Part shown: in pieces, positions 24,401 to 37,538 of the stretch
Position numbering within the stretch: the first letter of the stretch is position 1
Layout of the letters: every line of letters starts with the position of its first letter
Source of the DNA: Tricharina praecox
Taxonomy: Eukaryota
Direction: 5' to 3'
Length of the DNA: 64,000 bases
Assembly (NCBI RefSeq): GCF_024521635.1
Contig: NW_026250412.1
Span: 620,001-684,000 of the forward strand
Position numbers and translations under genes: made by a program
Notes under the pieces: model-generated
Databases searched by the model: none
Told to the model about the DNA's origin: nothing
What the model saw: the letters and a program-made list of their open reading frames with translations, nothing else

Positions 24401-27400
24401 TAGCCTGTAGGTATGCTATGCAACCGCGCGCCTTGCGTCGGTATGTATTTTATTGTACAAAACACCGCGGCGATGAGGGTAGAATACAGAGCCCAGTGTT
24501 ACGTGCAGTAGTTAAGACCGGAGCGGTTGAGTACCGGTACGGGTGCCTGAGTCGCTTCTATTCTTGTCTTCCCTGACGACTTTGCCGCTGGGCGACGGGT
24601 GTGCATTGAGTTGCCGATATTTACTCTACACAGCACTGCAACGGTTCGCCCTCGGGTTTGATCGCGTGGAAGGCTGGCCGAGGTAGATGCCGTACATAGG
24701 CTGCTAGGTATTCATTTGTGGTAAAGAAGAAGAAGCATGAGAAGCGTTGAGTTAGTTCTTGCTGGCTGTTCAGTTCGACCTTCTAACTAACAAGTACTAA
24801 CTGGAAAGGTGGTGTTGAGCCGCCGGACCTGAATAGGTACGCTGGCCTCTGCAGTACTCCTACAGCCTAATAGTGCACAGGCGCCAGCTCGTCTACACCA
24901 TGCTTCCTCCGCATCCTTCTCCCGCTTCTCATCTCTAGTCTCTCACCGTCTCTGCTCTACACGACTTCTCACCCCTCACATCTTAACGAAGCGACCTACC
25001 CTGACCGGCCGTTCTCCTCTAATCTGAAGGCTGAAGCCCTAGGGCCCACCGCCATGGAGGAAGCAGGAAGCAAGCCTTTGCCGGATGTAGCTCGAGCTCA
25101 CGGATGGGAGCTTCAACGTGTTCGGCGGCGGCGAATGGTTGAACCCCGAAAACAGCGGATACCGATGGTTCCCCACGCTCAGAAGCCAGCACAGCAAGGA
25201 GGCTGTCAGCCGCCCTACGGTGCCGTGAAAGGAAATGAATCGTGAGAAGCCATCCGGTCCGGCTCGGAAGTCCACCTGGAGGCCACCTTGTCTTTTCCCT
25301 CCGCTCGGCTGGTAGGTTCCATTTTGAAGGTTAGATGGAGTGGGTACTCTATTATGGGACGCGAGAAGCTCGGCGACCTCCGACGGGATGCGTGGATGCG
25401 CAGCACATCCGGGCATTCTGCTCGGTGGATCTTCGGAGCCAACGGACATGGAAATACCTGCTGCAGGCTACACTTAACTACCCGTCACCGGCCGGCACTG
25501 GCAACAGGGCCGTCCATGAACAGTACCGAGTGCCTAGGTATCCTCTGAACAAATGAGAGCGAGACGCGTATACCGCATCCGTTCAACTCGGTCCCCGGAC
25601 ATCGGAAGTGTGCGGGCAGTGTGTACCAGGAAGCTTGTTTTCTTTGGCCAGGATGTGTCGAAGGGTATTCCCCTATGGCTTAGCAATCATTGGTCTTTTA
25701 TCACGACGATGCATTGTCCTTTGGTGAGGGAAACGCCACCATGCGGCGTTAATCGTGGGCTGCAGCTCGGCAGTTCAGATTCGTTGGGGAACTCATTCGA
25801 ATTTCGGTGATTTCAATTCTTGGGGATATAGAATTGTACCTTACATCGACTACGCATCCGGAAGTGGCTCCTTCGTTGAACAAGTCGGCCTGTCAGTCGT
25901 GTCCCGAGGCTCAAACATCATCAAAAAAAATCCTGACTTCGCAGACCAAAATTGCCTCATGGCTTTATGTGTCCAGCGATGCGATTCAGCAGCATCGTCG
26001 GCGGCATCATTATTTCTGATTCGAGGAATCAAAATATCCTTTTCCCTCTCCGAATCGATATCACGGTAGTACTCTACTATAGACGCCTCCTCACTCGCCC
26101 CAGGAAAGAACTTCCCTAAGGAAGGGGGAAGGTGGGGAAAGAACTTGATGCCTTTGATGTTGGTTGAGGCAAATCGTCTATGGATTAACTACCCTGGAAA
26201 ATCATTCGAATGAGGCTGCCAAAGGAAATTCATTCAAAACGAAACACGCCGAGAGTACCGACGTATACTCTACGCCCTCTCCGCCCCACACTACTTAGGC
26301 TCAAAGCTTTCCTGCTCCTCCCAGCCAATCAGTTAACCAGCACATCTTCGTGTGGCATGTATCAAGAGTTCTACCGGAGAACGGAAAGGAGGGTCCCGCG
26401 CTCGATAGACGAAGAGAATTGGAGCAAGAACATCCAAAGATGGGGGTATTTGCCTAGCAAGAAAAATATGTACAGATGGCGGGTGGAGCAGAGCGGAAGG
26501 AAAGGGTATGTAGGTAATTCATCTCTCGACAACCCACACGGGAGCGCCCGGTAACGATCAGTCCACCAATTGCAAGGAATCGAGCATTCGGCGCGCTACG
26601 GACTATCTGTCTGAGACTTCCCTATCTATATATCTGATGCAACCTCCGCATAGAAACTCGCTCGGAACATGGTGGTTCCGAGTCTCCAATGCATGCGTTC
26701 GGGCCGCATCTCTTCCAGCGTTAACCCTGCTGCAAAATCCTCACCAGGAGCACTTGGCGGAATCCATCGGAAGGTACACCTGATGGAAGAGATACATAAT
26801 CATGACCAAGGAATAGGTACGACTGTCTTTCGTACGCTTTCACATGGCAGCTCGAGGAATGTTGGGGTTTAGGTAAGTGATTGAGCTTCCTAGAAGGAGG
26901 GATCTGTACATATGGTCGATAGGATCCGACCGTTAAGTACCCCTCCCCCCGTCAATCTCATCCTTTAGCATCCCATCTCTGGACCCTATTCCCAGCCATG
27001 GCTGACTAAATAGCCGCGCAGGGCCCATATTGTCGCCAGTCGACGTCGGCTGTGGATTTCCCCGGCATACTCGAGTGAGATCCAATGGGTAGACTCATCA
27101 GAGTAAGCGCTGTCCGTGTGATCGGCCATGATTGTTGTCCATCCGTTCGTCTATATACCCAAAGGACGAAGGAAATGTGGTGCGGCCGTACGATCATGAT
27201 TCATGAAGCAAACCGTGTTTGGAACGTGGCGAACTCATGGGGGCATAGCGGATAAGAACCTTCGAGGGATTCCTGAGAAGTTCCGACTTCCGAGATCTGG
27301 GAGTCGTGTCCGCCGCAACGGCGAGCGTTAACTATACACTGCGTACCGCATACCGAAGGGCTTTACGCTGCTGAAGAGAGTGAGTGGCTCATCCGGAACG

Positions 27401-28880
27401 GACCACGGTGAGAGCTTGGGGTGTGGGGAAGGGCAGCGATCCAGTTGGCAGTTGAGCAGGCTGCGGGGACCGAAGCGTGTCAACGGTTTGAGATCAACAA
27501 GTTGAAGGAGGAGCTGAGTGTGGAGAGTTCCAGGAAGCGCCGATCGAGAAGACGGTGTGTGATAGCGCAACCAAAGAAGACATGCTCAAGAACTGCGATC
27601 GCAAAAAAACAGTGGGTACCTATGTCGGAGCGGCGACGATCTGGCCGATCCCGAGTGCTGCAACGGCACAAACATACTGGAAGGAGCATGCGATCTCAAT
27701 CGATCAACCGAGTGATACCACATGTCCGGTGCAGCCGCAGACCCCGTAAAAGCGGGCTGGTTCGGGATAGGAACAGAGGGAAGGGAAGGGGCGGAGTCGC
27801 GATCAGAGCGGGTGCCGGGGTAGCGGTCGATATCCCTGCAACATATCTGGCTAGTTCTACTGGCGGTCGAAGGACTGAGGTTGATTTTAGGCCTGGAGCC
27901 TCTCGATTGGTACTGATAGTTAGCACTAGATACGAAGTGGCATCTCGATTCTCGAGGCTGACGTGTGCAACAATAGCAACTTATGTACCTACATACGACA
28001 CACAATTCAAAACACAAAGACAATGTCCGCTCTCAACACCCACCCTAGTATCCACCTCATCTTCGAATACCTAGTTACCTGTCTGACCACGAGAACTCGA
28101 GAGATGGCACACAACTTGGCTACCGAGACATACAGTTTTCAGAACGATCTACCACTGCTGCTTCGTAGGAAGAATCTCGCAAGGTGGAACAAAGAAAGCT
28201 TCTAGATAACGGTAGCTATCGTTTCCTTGGGCTTTGCGGGCGGTCGCCGGGGATGGTGGCCGAGGGTGGTGGTGGGGCGGGAGCGAGGGAGGGAGTGTGT
28301 CGTTATTAAGCGATGTGGGTACCCGTGGATTGGTTGCATCTACCGGCGTGAGGATCAATGGATCACTCAAACGCGCGGAAGTGCGTTGGGGGTGCAGCAG
28401 CAGTTTTAAACTCAACGCTGCTCTGATGCCCAAGTGCACTGCCGCAAGTTACGCTGTTTCCATGCCGCTGCTGATTGGAATCCGGGACCGCGGAAAGGAA
28501 AGGTTGCAGTCAGACAAGCTCTCGGGCTCCCTGGGTATATCGGCATGATGCTTAAGGAACCAGTGCCAAGTGCAGAACCGGTCTTCCTTGGCCTGAGCAC
28601 CTAAGGGTTCCAAGGCCGCTTATTCAAACTGGTCATCTCGATACACATCCCGAGGGTTAGCCGGACGGACGGAAGGTTTCAAGAGGATGGGTGGATGGAT
28701 GGGAGCTCCAAGATGCGAATAGGTACTGGAAATCGTTTGCTAGTCGGTGGTCCTTTGGTAGCTTGGGTACTTCTTCATTCTTATGAATACGTGCAACTCC
28801 GAATGGAGGGTGGGGACTCATTCGGCTTTGGAGGCTTGGAAGTTGGAAGTTCCGACAAGAGCTGCAGAATTCACTTCTTC

Positions 28881-29089
28881 AAGCTTCATTTAGTCCTGCG
28901 AGGCTCATTCACTCTTCCAAGACTCATTCACTCCCGCGAGACTCATTCATTTCTCCGAGTTTCATTCAGTCTTGCGAGTCTCATTTACTCATTCACCCCT
29001 GCGAGTCTCATTCACTCTTCCGAGACTCATTCACTCCTGCGACCTATCTCACCGCAACACACGCGGGATTCACTCACGAGAGAGTGAAT
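28881..29089. repeat. Minisatellite of about 8 x 19 bp (consensus gagactcattcactcctgc) ending in an 8-bp-stem hairpin
   Basis: Units read directly; ATTCACTC (29068-29075) pairs with GAGTGAAT (29082-29089). Confidence 0.85.
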
Positions 29090-32000
29090 AGAATCCGAAC
29101 AAGATATGTGTATCGCGGCTCCCGAGACTAGTACATGGAGTGCGTGTTACGATGGAATTACTTAAGCTCCGACAGAAGGCTAGAACGCTTGGAACTGTAC
29201 GAATAGGTAGCTCAGGTATATTCAGCCTCAATAACAAAACCCCTCCAGAGTCCAATACCAGAACCCGAAACCCCAACCACGACATGTCACTCACACCAGC
29301 ACGGCGTGGGAAGGGTTTCTTGCGCAAGAGTGTTAGCACTAGGAGGGGAAGAGGTAGGCCCAGCACTGCAGATCTGCCGTTCATCTCCATCACTAGAAAC
29401 ACATCGTTGGTGCTAAACCTTCTTGAATAGGACTTGTGCTCGGGAAATACATGTGCGACACGTGCTTAGGGATTCAGGGCAGACATGTAGTAGGTCAACA
29501 GTGACAAGCTGGTAACAACGACATAGGTATATATCCCGCTCGGAATCTGAGAAAGGAAGACGATTTCACAGTATCTCACTCGAGTAATAGTAGAATAATC
29601 CATTTGGAATTTTGGATAGCCCGAAGATTGTTGCTCCTGCTACGATACGGAGGTGGATGTGGAAGCCGAAGAGTGTACTTAGGGCAAGGAGCTTCCTCAG
29701 GCCAGGGTGACGGGGCGCCATCTGAAGTGGCTTGGAATGTTCTGCAAGCCTTCCAGCCTTCGAAATGTGGGTTGTTCCTCGGATTGAACTGGACGGTCAT
29801 TTGTACCACGGGTATGGTAGCGAACTTTGGACGGATTGTGGAGTGAGTGAGTACTCCTACCTAGGTGGGTGCCGTCCGAGGAAAGAGGTGGGAAGACAGG
29901 CTGTGGAAAGGGGCGGGGGCGAGGTACGGGCTCCCAACGTTCGTTCCGGCGAAGGTGTGTTCCTTGCGGGTGGGGCGACATCGATCATACGTATAACTTC
30001 TGCGGCAAGCTTCCATCTATTCGTCAGAAGCTTGCAGGGTGAAGTGGGGATAGCGGCGGTGGTTTTCAGCATGGCATAGAAATCGAGCGGGGGGCGTGGG
30101 GGAGGGGTGGTAAATCGTCTGCAAGCTATCGAGTGCCGTACTAGTCGCGGTGGCAACACTGAGGAGAGGAGGCTTTTTGAGGCAGTCCGGGGGTAGACAC
30201 TCGATGGGACGAAAGAGGAGGGGTCGGGACTCAACGCTGGGATGCAGAATCTGTGACTTGGACGGGTCAGTATCGCAGACCCCTTGGTCCCCCGGAGGGG
30301 ACAGACAGGCGACAGTGCAGAGGGAGGTCAAGTAGAAGTTGACCAGCTTGTCGGACCAGATTTGTACAGTGTTGCATGTGCAGTAGTCTCGCGTTCTGTA
30401 CGCTGAGCTGGTGTTTCGGCGATCCGAAAGAACGAATTTCGCGGGGCGGGGCGCAAGGAGTCTTGTGACAGTATGGACATGTCGACACAAGTGCTGCTGG
30501 TGTCCATGCAGAATCTGGAGAGGGGGTAGCTAGAGTGGGACGATGGAAGGATAGGGTGGTGGCTGCTGCTGCTGCGGGCCTGGACAGTGGTGGCTCTGCA
30601 TCCGTCCACACGTTCCCAGAGATTGGAAGACCGACTGGCTGATCCAGCTCGGCAGTTGACCAGGGAACATTGGCTGCATCGTTGCCCATATGAGGTGAGA
30701 GAGACACAGACACATCCAGGATTGTCATTGGCGCAGCGAGCGGCTCGCCCACGGAGACAGCTCCATAACGCAATTCAGAATATGACGGCCCCCGCCGCCG
30801 CCGCAGCCCGACCGTCTCCTATCAAGCCCACACATGAATAGCAGGTGCGGACAGAGCTCAAGATGCCCAGGATGCTAGAGATAGTTGAAGCAGCGACATG
30901 GGATCGACGGGGGGCGTTGGGAGTGGTTGATTGGATAGCTCCAAGGTGGAGAAGAAATTTCGGTGGAAAACTCGGACAAGACAACAGGGAAAAGGAGGGA
31001 AAGTATTGTCGTATCAGGTCGTGAAACTTGTCGTAACCGGAAGACCGCCGAGGCGGGGCCAATGGGACGGCTGGCGAGAAATCAGCTACAGAAAGCCCGC
31101 TGGCCAGTTGGTAGGGCTCGACTAGCGGACGAATCGAAATCACCGAAAACCCGTGTACATCCTATTTGTTGACAAAGCCATTAGACCATGCAGGATAAAA
31201 AAAATCGTGAATACAAGGAGCAGTTGTACCGGCAACTGTCTAGTTTGTGTTGACGCATGGTTGTCTGCGATTGATGTGGGGAAAGGCTGGGGGGGCAGTC
31301 ATCCATCAAATCTTCCGTTCCATGGAGTGTTTATGCAGCTTCGATTGTGGTCGGACATCGGAAATGTCTTGAACTAGGAGACAAACGACCATGACGGATT
31401 TTGTTGGGATTCTTATGACCATGGTGGAGTGAAATCCTGCCGAGTGACGGACGGAGAGGGGCCCAACCGGCGCACAGCTGCAAGTGGTGACCGGAAAGGT
31501 TGAACATCACGAAGCTCATTAAGGTACAATTGAATGAGTTCGCTGGATTTCGAGTGCCTGTCGGAATCAGTGAGAATAATACGTTAAAGCGGCTTCGGTC
31601 CCTTAAAAGAATCATCAGAACCCATCCTACGGTCCCATGGTGCGATGTTCAAGAGACGTATCCAGCCGTATGCCAGCAGTTCCATCGATGATCTCTCCAG
31701 ACTCTCCGCTGTCTCTTTACTTTCTGTTTGCACGCAAGTATTTCCGTTTGCACATCGGGGCCCCAGAGATCATCAGCAATCACTCGAGATCGGAGCATCA
31801 CAACAGACTTTCGGGCTGCAGTAAATCCCCGCATGAGCAGCAGGGTTCAGCTCCGAAACTCCCTCCGGTTGTATTCTTTTGCCTCTGCCGGGCTGCCAAT
31901 GTTGTCTCCAACTGCATGTCTTTGATGCGGTGATATTTCTGACCGCAGCGGCGAACACCTCTGGCTAGGCATCTGGAGGAGATCGTTGAGCTACTCTCGT

Positions 32001-32754
32001 GAGTATTTCACTTTGTTTTTCTGTTTGTTTGTTTTTGTGTTTTATTTTAGCAGGAGGACGGCTGTGCACGGCGAAACGGAAAGGACGAGCATGATTACTC
32101 TACTGTGTTTCCATCAGGTGACCACAGAAGCGCCGAGGAGGGCATCGCCGAGGAGTAAGCATGGGCTGGCTGAGGTGGACGAACAATGCAGCTGGGCGGG
32201 GGGGCTTTGATTCGAAACAAACCGATGTCGGTGATACGCTCGTTTCATTGTGCGTGTGCGTGCTGGTTGCCTCGAAATTTGCATAACGCTTCTGGCTTGA
32301 AAGCGATCCCACTGCCGGATGCGGCTGCACCGCCTAGCCATCTGTCTGTTGGAATTTTTGTTGGTCGAGATTATTTTCTGTTGTATTCCTTTTCTGGTGT
32401 TCATGGCAATTTGGTGATCAAGCCATGTGAAGGCTCAAAATCACTCTGAAGTACGAAACTTACAACACGCAGTACATGTTCCATACTTTGATGTATGGCA
32501 ATTCGTCTTCTTCCGCTAGAGAAGAGTTCAGTCGTAACTAGAAATGCTCTGAAATAAATACTTTCTTTATGCCCTTCAAGGGCGTGTATCAGACAAGAGA
32601 ATTCAAAGGTGCCAAGCGACAATCGCTGCTGAGTAACGGCTTTTTAGGGCTCCAGGACAGAGTTCGCTTCCCGCTAAACTACCGCCGCCGCAAATCGCTT
32701 GCTTCCTCCTCCCCATCTGAATCCAACCAGTCTTCTACACAAGTCTTCACATCT

Positions 32755-32970
32755 TCTCCTCCATCACCACCAACTCCACCACCCACTCCTCCTCCCCCTC
32801 CTCCTCCTCCTCCCCCTCCCCCTCCCCCTCCTCCTCCTCCTCCCCCTCTCCTCCCTTCCCCCACCTATTCGCCTCCCGAAAGCTCCCCCACCTTCCTCCC
32901 CCCCTCGTCCTCAATTTCGTATCGCCCCACCACCACAACCACCACAACCACCCCACCACCTCGACCCCCC
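32755..32970. repeat. C-rich (CCT/CCA)n low-complexity tract upstream of the KH-protein gene
   Basis: Seen directly. Confidence 0.85.
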
Positions 32971-33155
32971 GTTTCCGTTGTCGTCACCAACCAATTTTCA
33001 GAGAATAACGCCCGCTTGTCTTACCTATCCCTCCCATCAGACTAGCAACTTCAGTTCGACAGGATCATTTCGTCGCGTCGTAGCTCTTGGCTTTTCTCGC
33101 ACCCAGTTTTCAGCCACACCCCCAACCTTTTGCGAACGCTATACAACGACTAGTC

Positions 33156-34550
33156 ATGTCCAACGACGCCGTTGAGAATCACGAATCCGCTGGTATTGAC
33201 GATAATGCCGCTTTCGATGCCAACTTCCAGAATCTTCACATCGACGAGCATGGAGAAGACGGCGAACACGAAGGTGCTCGCACCGAGGAGGAATATGCCA
33301 TTGCTCCCCTCACCCTCCGCGCCATAGTGTCCTCGAAGGAGGCCGGCGTGATCATTGGAAAGGCTGGAAAGAACGTGGCCGATCTCCGCGACGAAACCGG
33401 TGTCAAAGCTGGTGTCAGCAAGGTGGTGCCGGGCGTGCATGACCGAGTGCTCACCGTCACTGGTGCTCTCGAGGGCATCGCCAGGGCTTACGCTATGGTT
33501 ACGCAGACCTTGTTGGAGAATCCCCCCAGCACTATGACCGCGGCTCCCATAGGCCCGCATCGTATGTCCTTCCTATTCGCTACTTAGCCATGTCTTCTTT
33601 GCTAACCATGGTGTATTTTGACAGCCGTTCGTCTGCTCATCTCGCACAACCAGATGGGCACCATCATCGGACGTCAAGGTCTCAAGATCAAGCACATCCA
33701 GGATGTTTCCGGCGCCCGCATGGTTGCGCAGAAGGAAATGCTTCCCCAGTCTACCGAACGTGTCGTGGAAGTCACCGGCGATGCTAATGCCATCCGAATG
33801 GCTGTCTGGGAGATCGGCAAATGCTTGATCGACGACTGGCAGAGGGGCTCCGGCACTGTTCTGTACAACCCTGCTGTCCGTGCTCAGGGTGGAGGATCTG
33901 CGCCCAGCAATGGTGGTGAAGAGCGCACACCTCCTAGGGCTGGAATGGGGTACTCTGGCGAGCGTGGTGGAGAGCGCGGAGAGCGCGGCGAGCGTGGAGG
34001 TACTCGGTCATATGCCCGAACTGGAAACGGAACCGACTTCTCCGATGCCACTCCATCTAGGCGAAATGATGCCGGCCTGCCGCAGCGTTTTAACGATCGC
34101 AATGACCGTGGCGACCGCAATGACCGTGGCGACCGCAATGACCGTGGCGACCGCAATGACCGTGGCGACCGCAATGACCGTGGCGACCGCAACGACCGCA
34201 ACGACCGTAACGACCGTAACGACCGCAACGACCGCAACGACCGTGGCGACCATGGATCCCCTGGAGCTGTTCCCCAGGGAGAGGACGGAGATGACTACCA
34301 GACGCAGAACATTTCTATTCCTGCTGATATGGTTGGCTGCATCATCGGCCGTGGAGGCACCAAGATTCAGGAAATCCGTAGAGCCTCTGGAGCGAGAATC
34401 AGCATCGCCAAAGCGCCCCACGATGACTCCGGCGAGAGGATGTTTACCATCACGGGATCGGCGCCCAGCAACGAGAAGGCTCTTTACCTACTGTACGAGA
34501 ATCTTGAGGCTGAGAAGCAGAGGAGGAACAGCCAGGGAAGCCCCGAGTAG
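33156..34550 (+). CDS. Three-KH-domain RNA-binding protein (hnRNP K/PCBP-like; Pbp2/Hek2/Rnc1 family), intron 33562-33624
   Basis: KH1 LTLRAIVSSKEAGVIIGKAGKNV; KH2 VRLLISHNQMGTIIGRQGLKIK; KH3 QNISIPADMVGCIIGRGGTKIQEIRRASGARISI. Confidence 0.93.
34092..34250 (+). repeat. Coding tandem repeat: 18-bp NDRGDR units followed by 9-bp NDR units
   Basis: aatgaccgtggcgaccgc repeated about 5-6 times, then aacgaccgy units. Confidence 0.95.
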
Positions 34551-35723
34551 AATACGAATCCAATGCATCAGGTGCAGGATGAGTCAGACTCCTTCGAGCT
34601 GAGCTTTTTTACATTGCATCTAATACGGGTTCATTCGGGGTTCTTCTTGAATATCTCTTGCTTCTACGTTTCTTTTTGTTGTTTAGTACTCTGGTCTGGT
34701 TTTTTTCCTTGCTGTCTTCCAGTGGAGTGGAGTGGGATGGGACACATCCTCTCTCGGTGATTGATGGGGGGGGTTGCATGCTTTTGATTGTCACACACGA
34801 AACGAGAAAATGAATTGCTATCGGAGAGGAGGATTGAAGAGGACGAGGGAGAGGGAGGCGGTGTCTTTTTTGTGTTTTCAGGTGATTGGCGCTTAAGGAA
34901 GTCGTTTTTTCCCCAGGGACACTTTTGTACTTCATCATGGCAAGGGGGTTGCTTCGTCAAGGTTTTCATCTGTTACTGTTCTTCTTTTCTTCTTTCAAAC
35001 GGGACATGACAACTGGCATCTTATCACCTTTATTGACACTTCACTTCTTCAAGAGACATTTTTTTTTAAAAAAAAATGGATTCCTAGGTTTTTTTTTGGT
35101 TTTGTTAAAAGGAGTTTCTTGTGGATTTCTTTGTTCCTGGTTGGTTCTATGGGTCCGGTCTGATTTTTGTCTGCCCCTCTCCCCCTGCCCCTCCTTGCCC
35201 TCCGCTACCCCCCTGCTGCCTACCATGTGCAATGACCATTTCAACAAAATTCTTATATCTAGGACTTTTCTTTCTCACGTGTACCATTTGTTCTGGTTTG
35301 TTTGGCCAAGGCTCCAGACACACATATGTACCTTTGTAGGAAGTTGTAATTCGAAGATCTAACGGCACCACGTCATGGGCACTGGTCACATTCACATCGA
35401 TGCATGGCGGGTACCTACATACATACAGCTGCGGATTAAGGTGGGCGGCAGGCAGGCAGGCACTCCGTCACGAAGTGTATGTCTAGTACGTACTCGCTCA
35501 ATCGGACCGACCATTGACCGGACACAGCTGGACTCTGGGGAGGATATTCTATTCTACATATCTCTAAGTTGGAGTATCCACCGGCCCGAAAAACAATGGG
35601 GGGGCACATAACAGTAATTGGTATTAAAACTCCGTCCTCCATCCCATCCCGTCCCAACCCATTCCACCGCAGCGCCATCAGAATGAATCGAAATCTAGCC
35701 ACTCCCACCGCCTCATGACCAGC

Positions 35724-37538
35724 TCATGAAGACTTAATCACCGGTTCCCTCCTGGGCGTAGTATTGATCCTCCCGACCTCCAACACACTCCAGTAAGAAT
35801 GTTCCTTCCGTTCCCTCCCCTCCTTGGTAATCCCGTCGTCGCGCTCAATGTCGGTTTCATACACGCTGCGCACCAAGATGGGGACCTTGACGATGTAGTC
35901 ATCCTCCGTGAGCTCGGCACCGGCGGGGAAAATTGGCGGAACGATCTCGAGGATCACAGTGGTCCAGTTTCTACCGCTGTCGTAGATCGTCGACATGAGG
36001 CCCGTCTTTTTGCCCTTGCCCTTGGACGCCTTGGGGTTGGCTTTGGCCTCTGGCCCCAGGGCTTCGTCCCAGACGTCGGTGCTGGCGCCGACTTCGAATT
36101 CGGGACAGAGGATGTACACTGTTGCTGGGTAACGTCCAGGGGTCTTTTCGGGTGTTGCGAGCGTGATGTTGATGGGGTCGTAGAGCGGATTGGTTACCGC
36201 CAGGAGGAATTGGTGTGTTGCGCCGGGCTGCAGGTTGTGGTAGTTTACTTGGTTGTGGTCCAAACGGGAGATGGCGAGTTGGGGAATGTAGGAACTGTTT
36301 ACCAGTCAGTATCATGCTATATACGATGAAGGAAGAGGACAACTGCGTACCTAGCCACCAGTCGTATCCTATGTCTAATCGAACCGACTTTAGACTCCGG
36401 CTTAACGAGGATATGTCTACACGATCGGCACCGCTTCGACCGTTTAGTCCGCAGCAACGCTGCCAGCGGCCGGAGCTCATCCAGAAGCCTTGGTGAATGC
36501 GACTGAACAATCCTCTGTGCCTGACTCGTGCACCCGCCGAACCCAGCATCCCGCATCCGCTCGATCAGCTCCGACTCATCGTCCACAATCCGCAGCGAGC
36601 CCGCCTCCCGCCACGCAGTCTTATTCCGAGCAGAAGTGCCCTCCCTAGGCCCTCCTCCTCCTCCCATCCCCGCAAAACCGCGTAACCTCCCTGCGCCAGC
36701 CCCTCCAGCGTACAACCCAATCAGCCGTGTGAGAGATCCGCCACCAGGATAGTCCTCCGTACTAGCCTGCACCTTCTGCTGATTGTAGAACCCCTTGAGT
36801 CGTATGTACTCGGCGTCGTCCGGGTGATCGGGCGGTTGCATCGACGGCGACGGCGGTCGCAGGTACGTTCCACCCGCGCCCATCGGGGAAAGCGGTCTCG
36901 AACTCGCCGACAGCATATCTGGCGACGAGAGCGTAGCCGCCGCGGCATTGGCGAGCCGGAGCTTCTGTGCCAGCTGCACGGTGATCGACGTGGGTTTTTC
37001 GAAATCGATGCCGATGTCGGCGGAGGACCAGAGGCAGTGGGAACACAGCAGGATAAACGGCCCGGTGCTGTCCTCGCCCGTGGCCGTGACTGACATTGCC
37101 GCAGTACATACCGGGCAGGAGAAGCAGTTGCGCGTGCACCTGTCTCACGCACACACACGTGCATCAGCTATCTATCCACGCGTTACGTGTTGGCGGGGGA
37201 TGGAGGGGCGAGAGAGAGGCCCACCTGTTTCCCTCCGATTTGACGGTGGAGCTCGGCACCTCAAAGAGGCAGCTCGGACAAAAGTAGCATACGATCTCCT
37301 CGAGGACGCATCGTGGACATCGGACCTGATTGCAGTCTTCGCAGAAGAGGAGATTTTCGAGTGGGAAGAGGGAGAATGTTGAGCGCGCCGCGCGTGGATT
37401 GAAGGCGTCTTCTTCTTCCTCGGCGTAGTCGGCGTCTGCGGCCGACGAGGAGTTGCGGAGTCGTGCCGGCGTACGCTGTCCGACGTTGTCGCTGCAGGGA
37501 CAGGCGATGAATATTGAGGGGAAGCTTGGAGAGTTCAT
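35724..37538 (-). CDS. Dynactin p62 subunit (DCTN4 family), 3 exons
   Basis: FPLENLLFCEDCNQVRCPRCV..EIVCYFCPSCLFEVPSSTVKSEGNR|CTRNCFSCP; LRTKRSKRCRSCRHILVKPE; FLLAVTNPLYDPINITL; FEVGASTDVWDEAL. Confidence 0.93.

Noticed and set aside
17140-25140. About 30-bp imperfect inverted match (agcttcaa.gtgttcgg...) between ~17140-17170 and ~25109-25139
   Set aside because: Similarity does not extend on either side; compatible with chance.
27400-27620. Coiled-coil plus basic stretch (EINKLKEELSVESSRKRRSRRR) reminiscent of a DDE transposase C-terminus
   Set aside because: No catalytic motifs or terminal inverted repeats are seen; the resemblance is compositional only.
32569-33045. 158-aa polyproline ORF
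   Set aside because: Explained by the CCT microsatellite; the rest is not protein-like.
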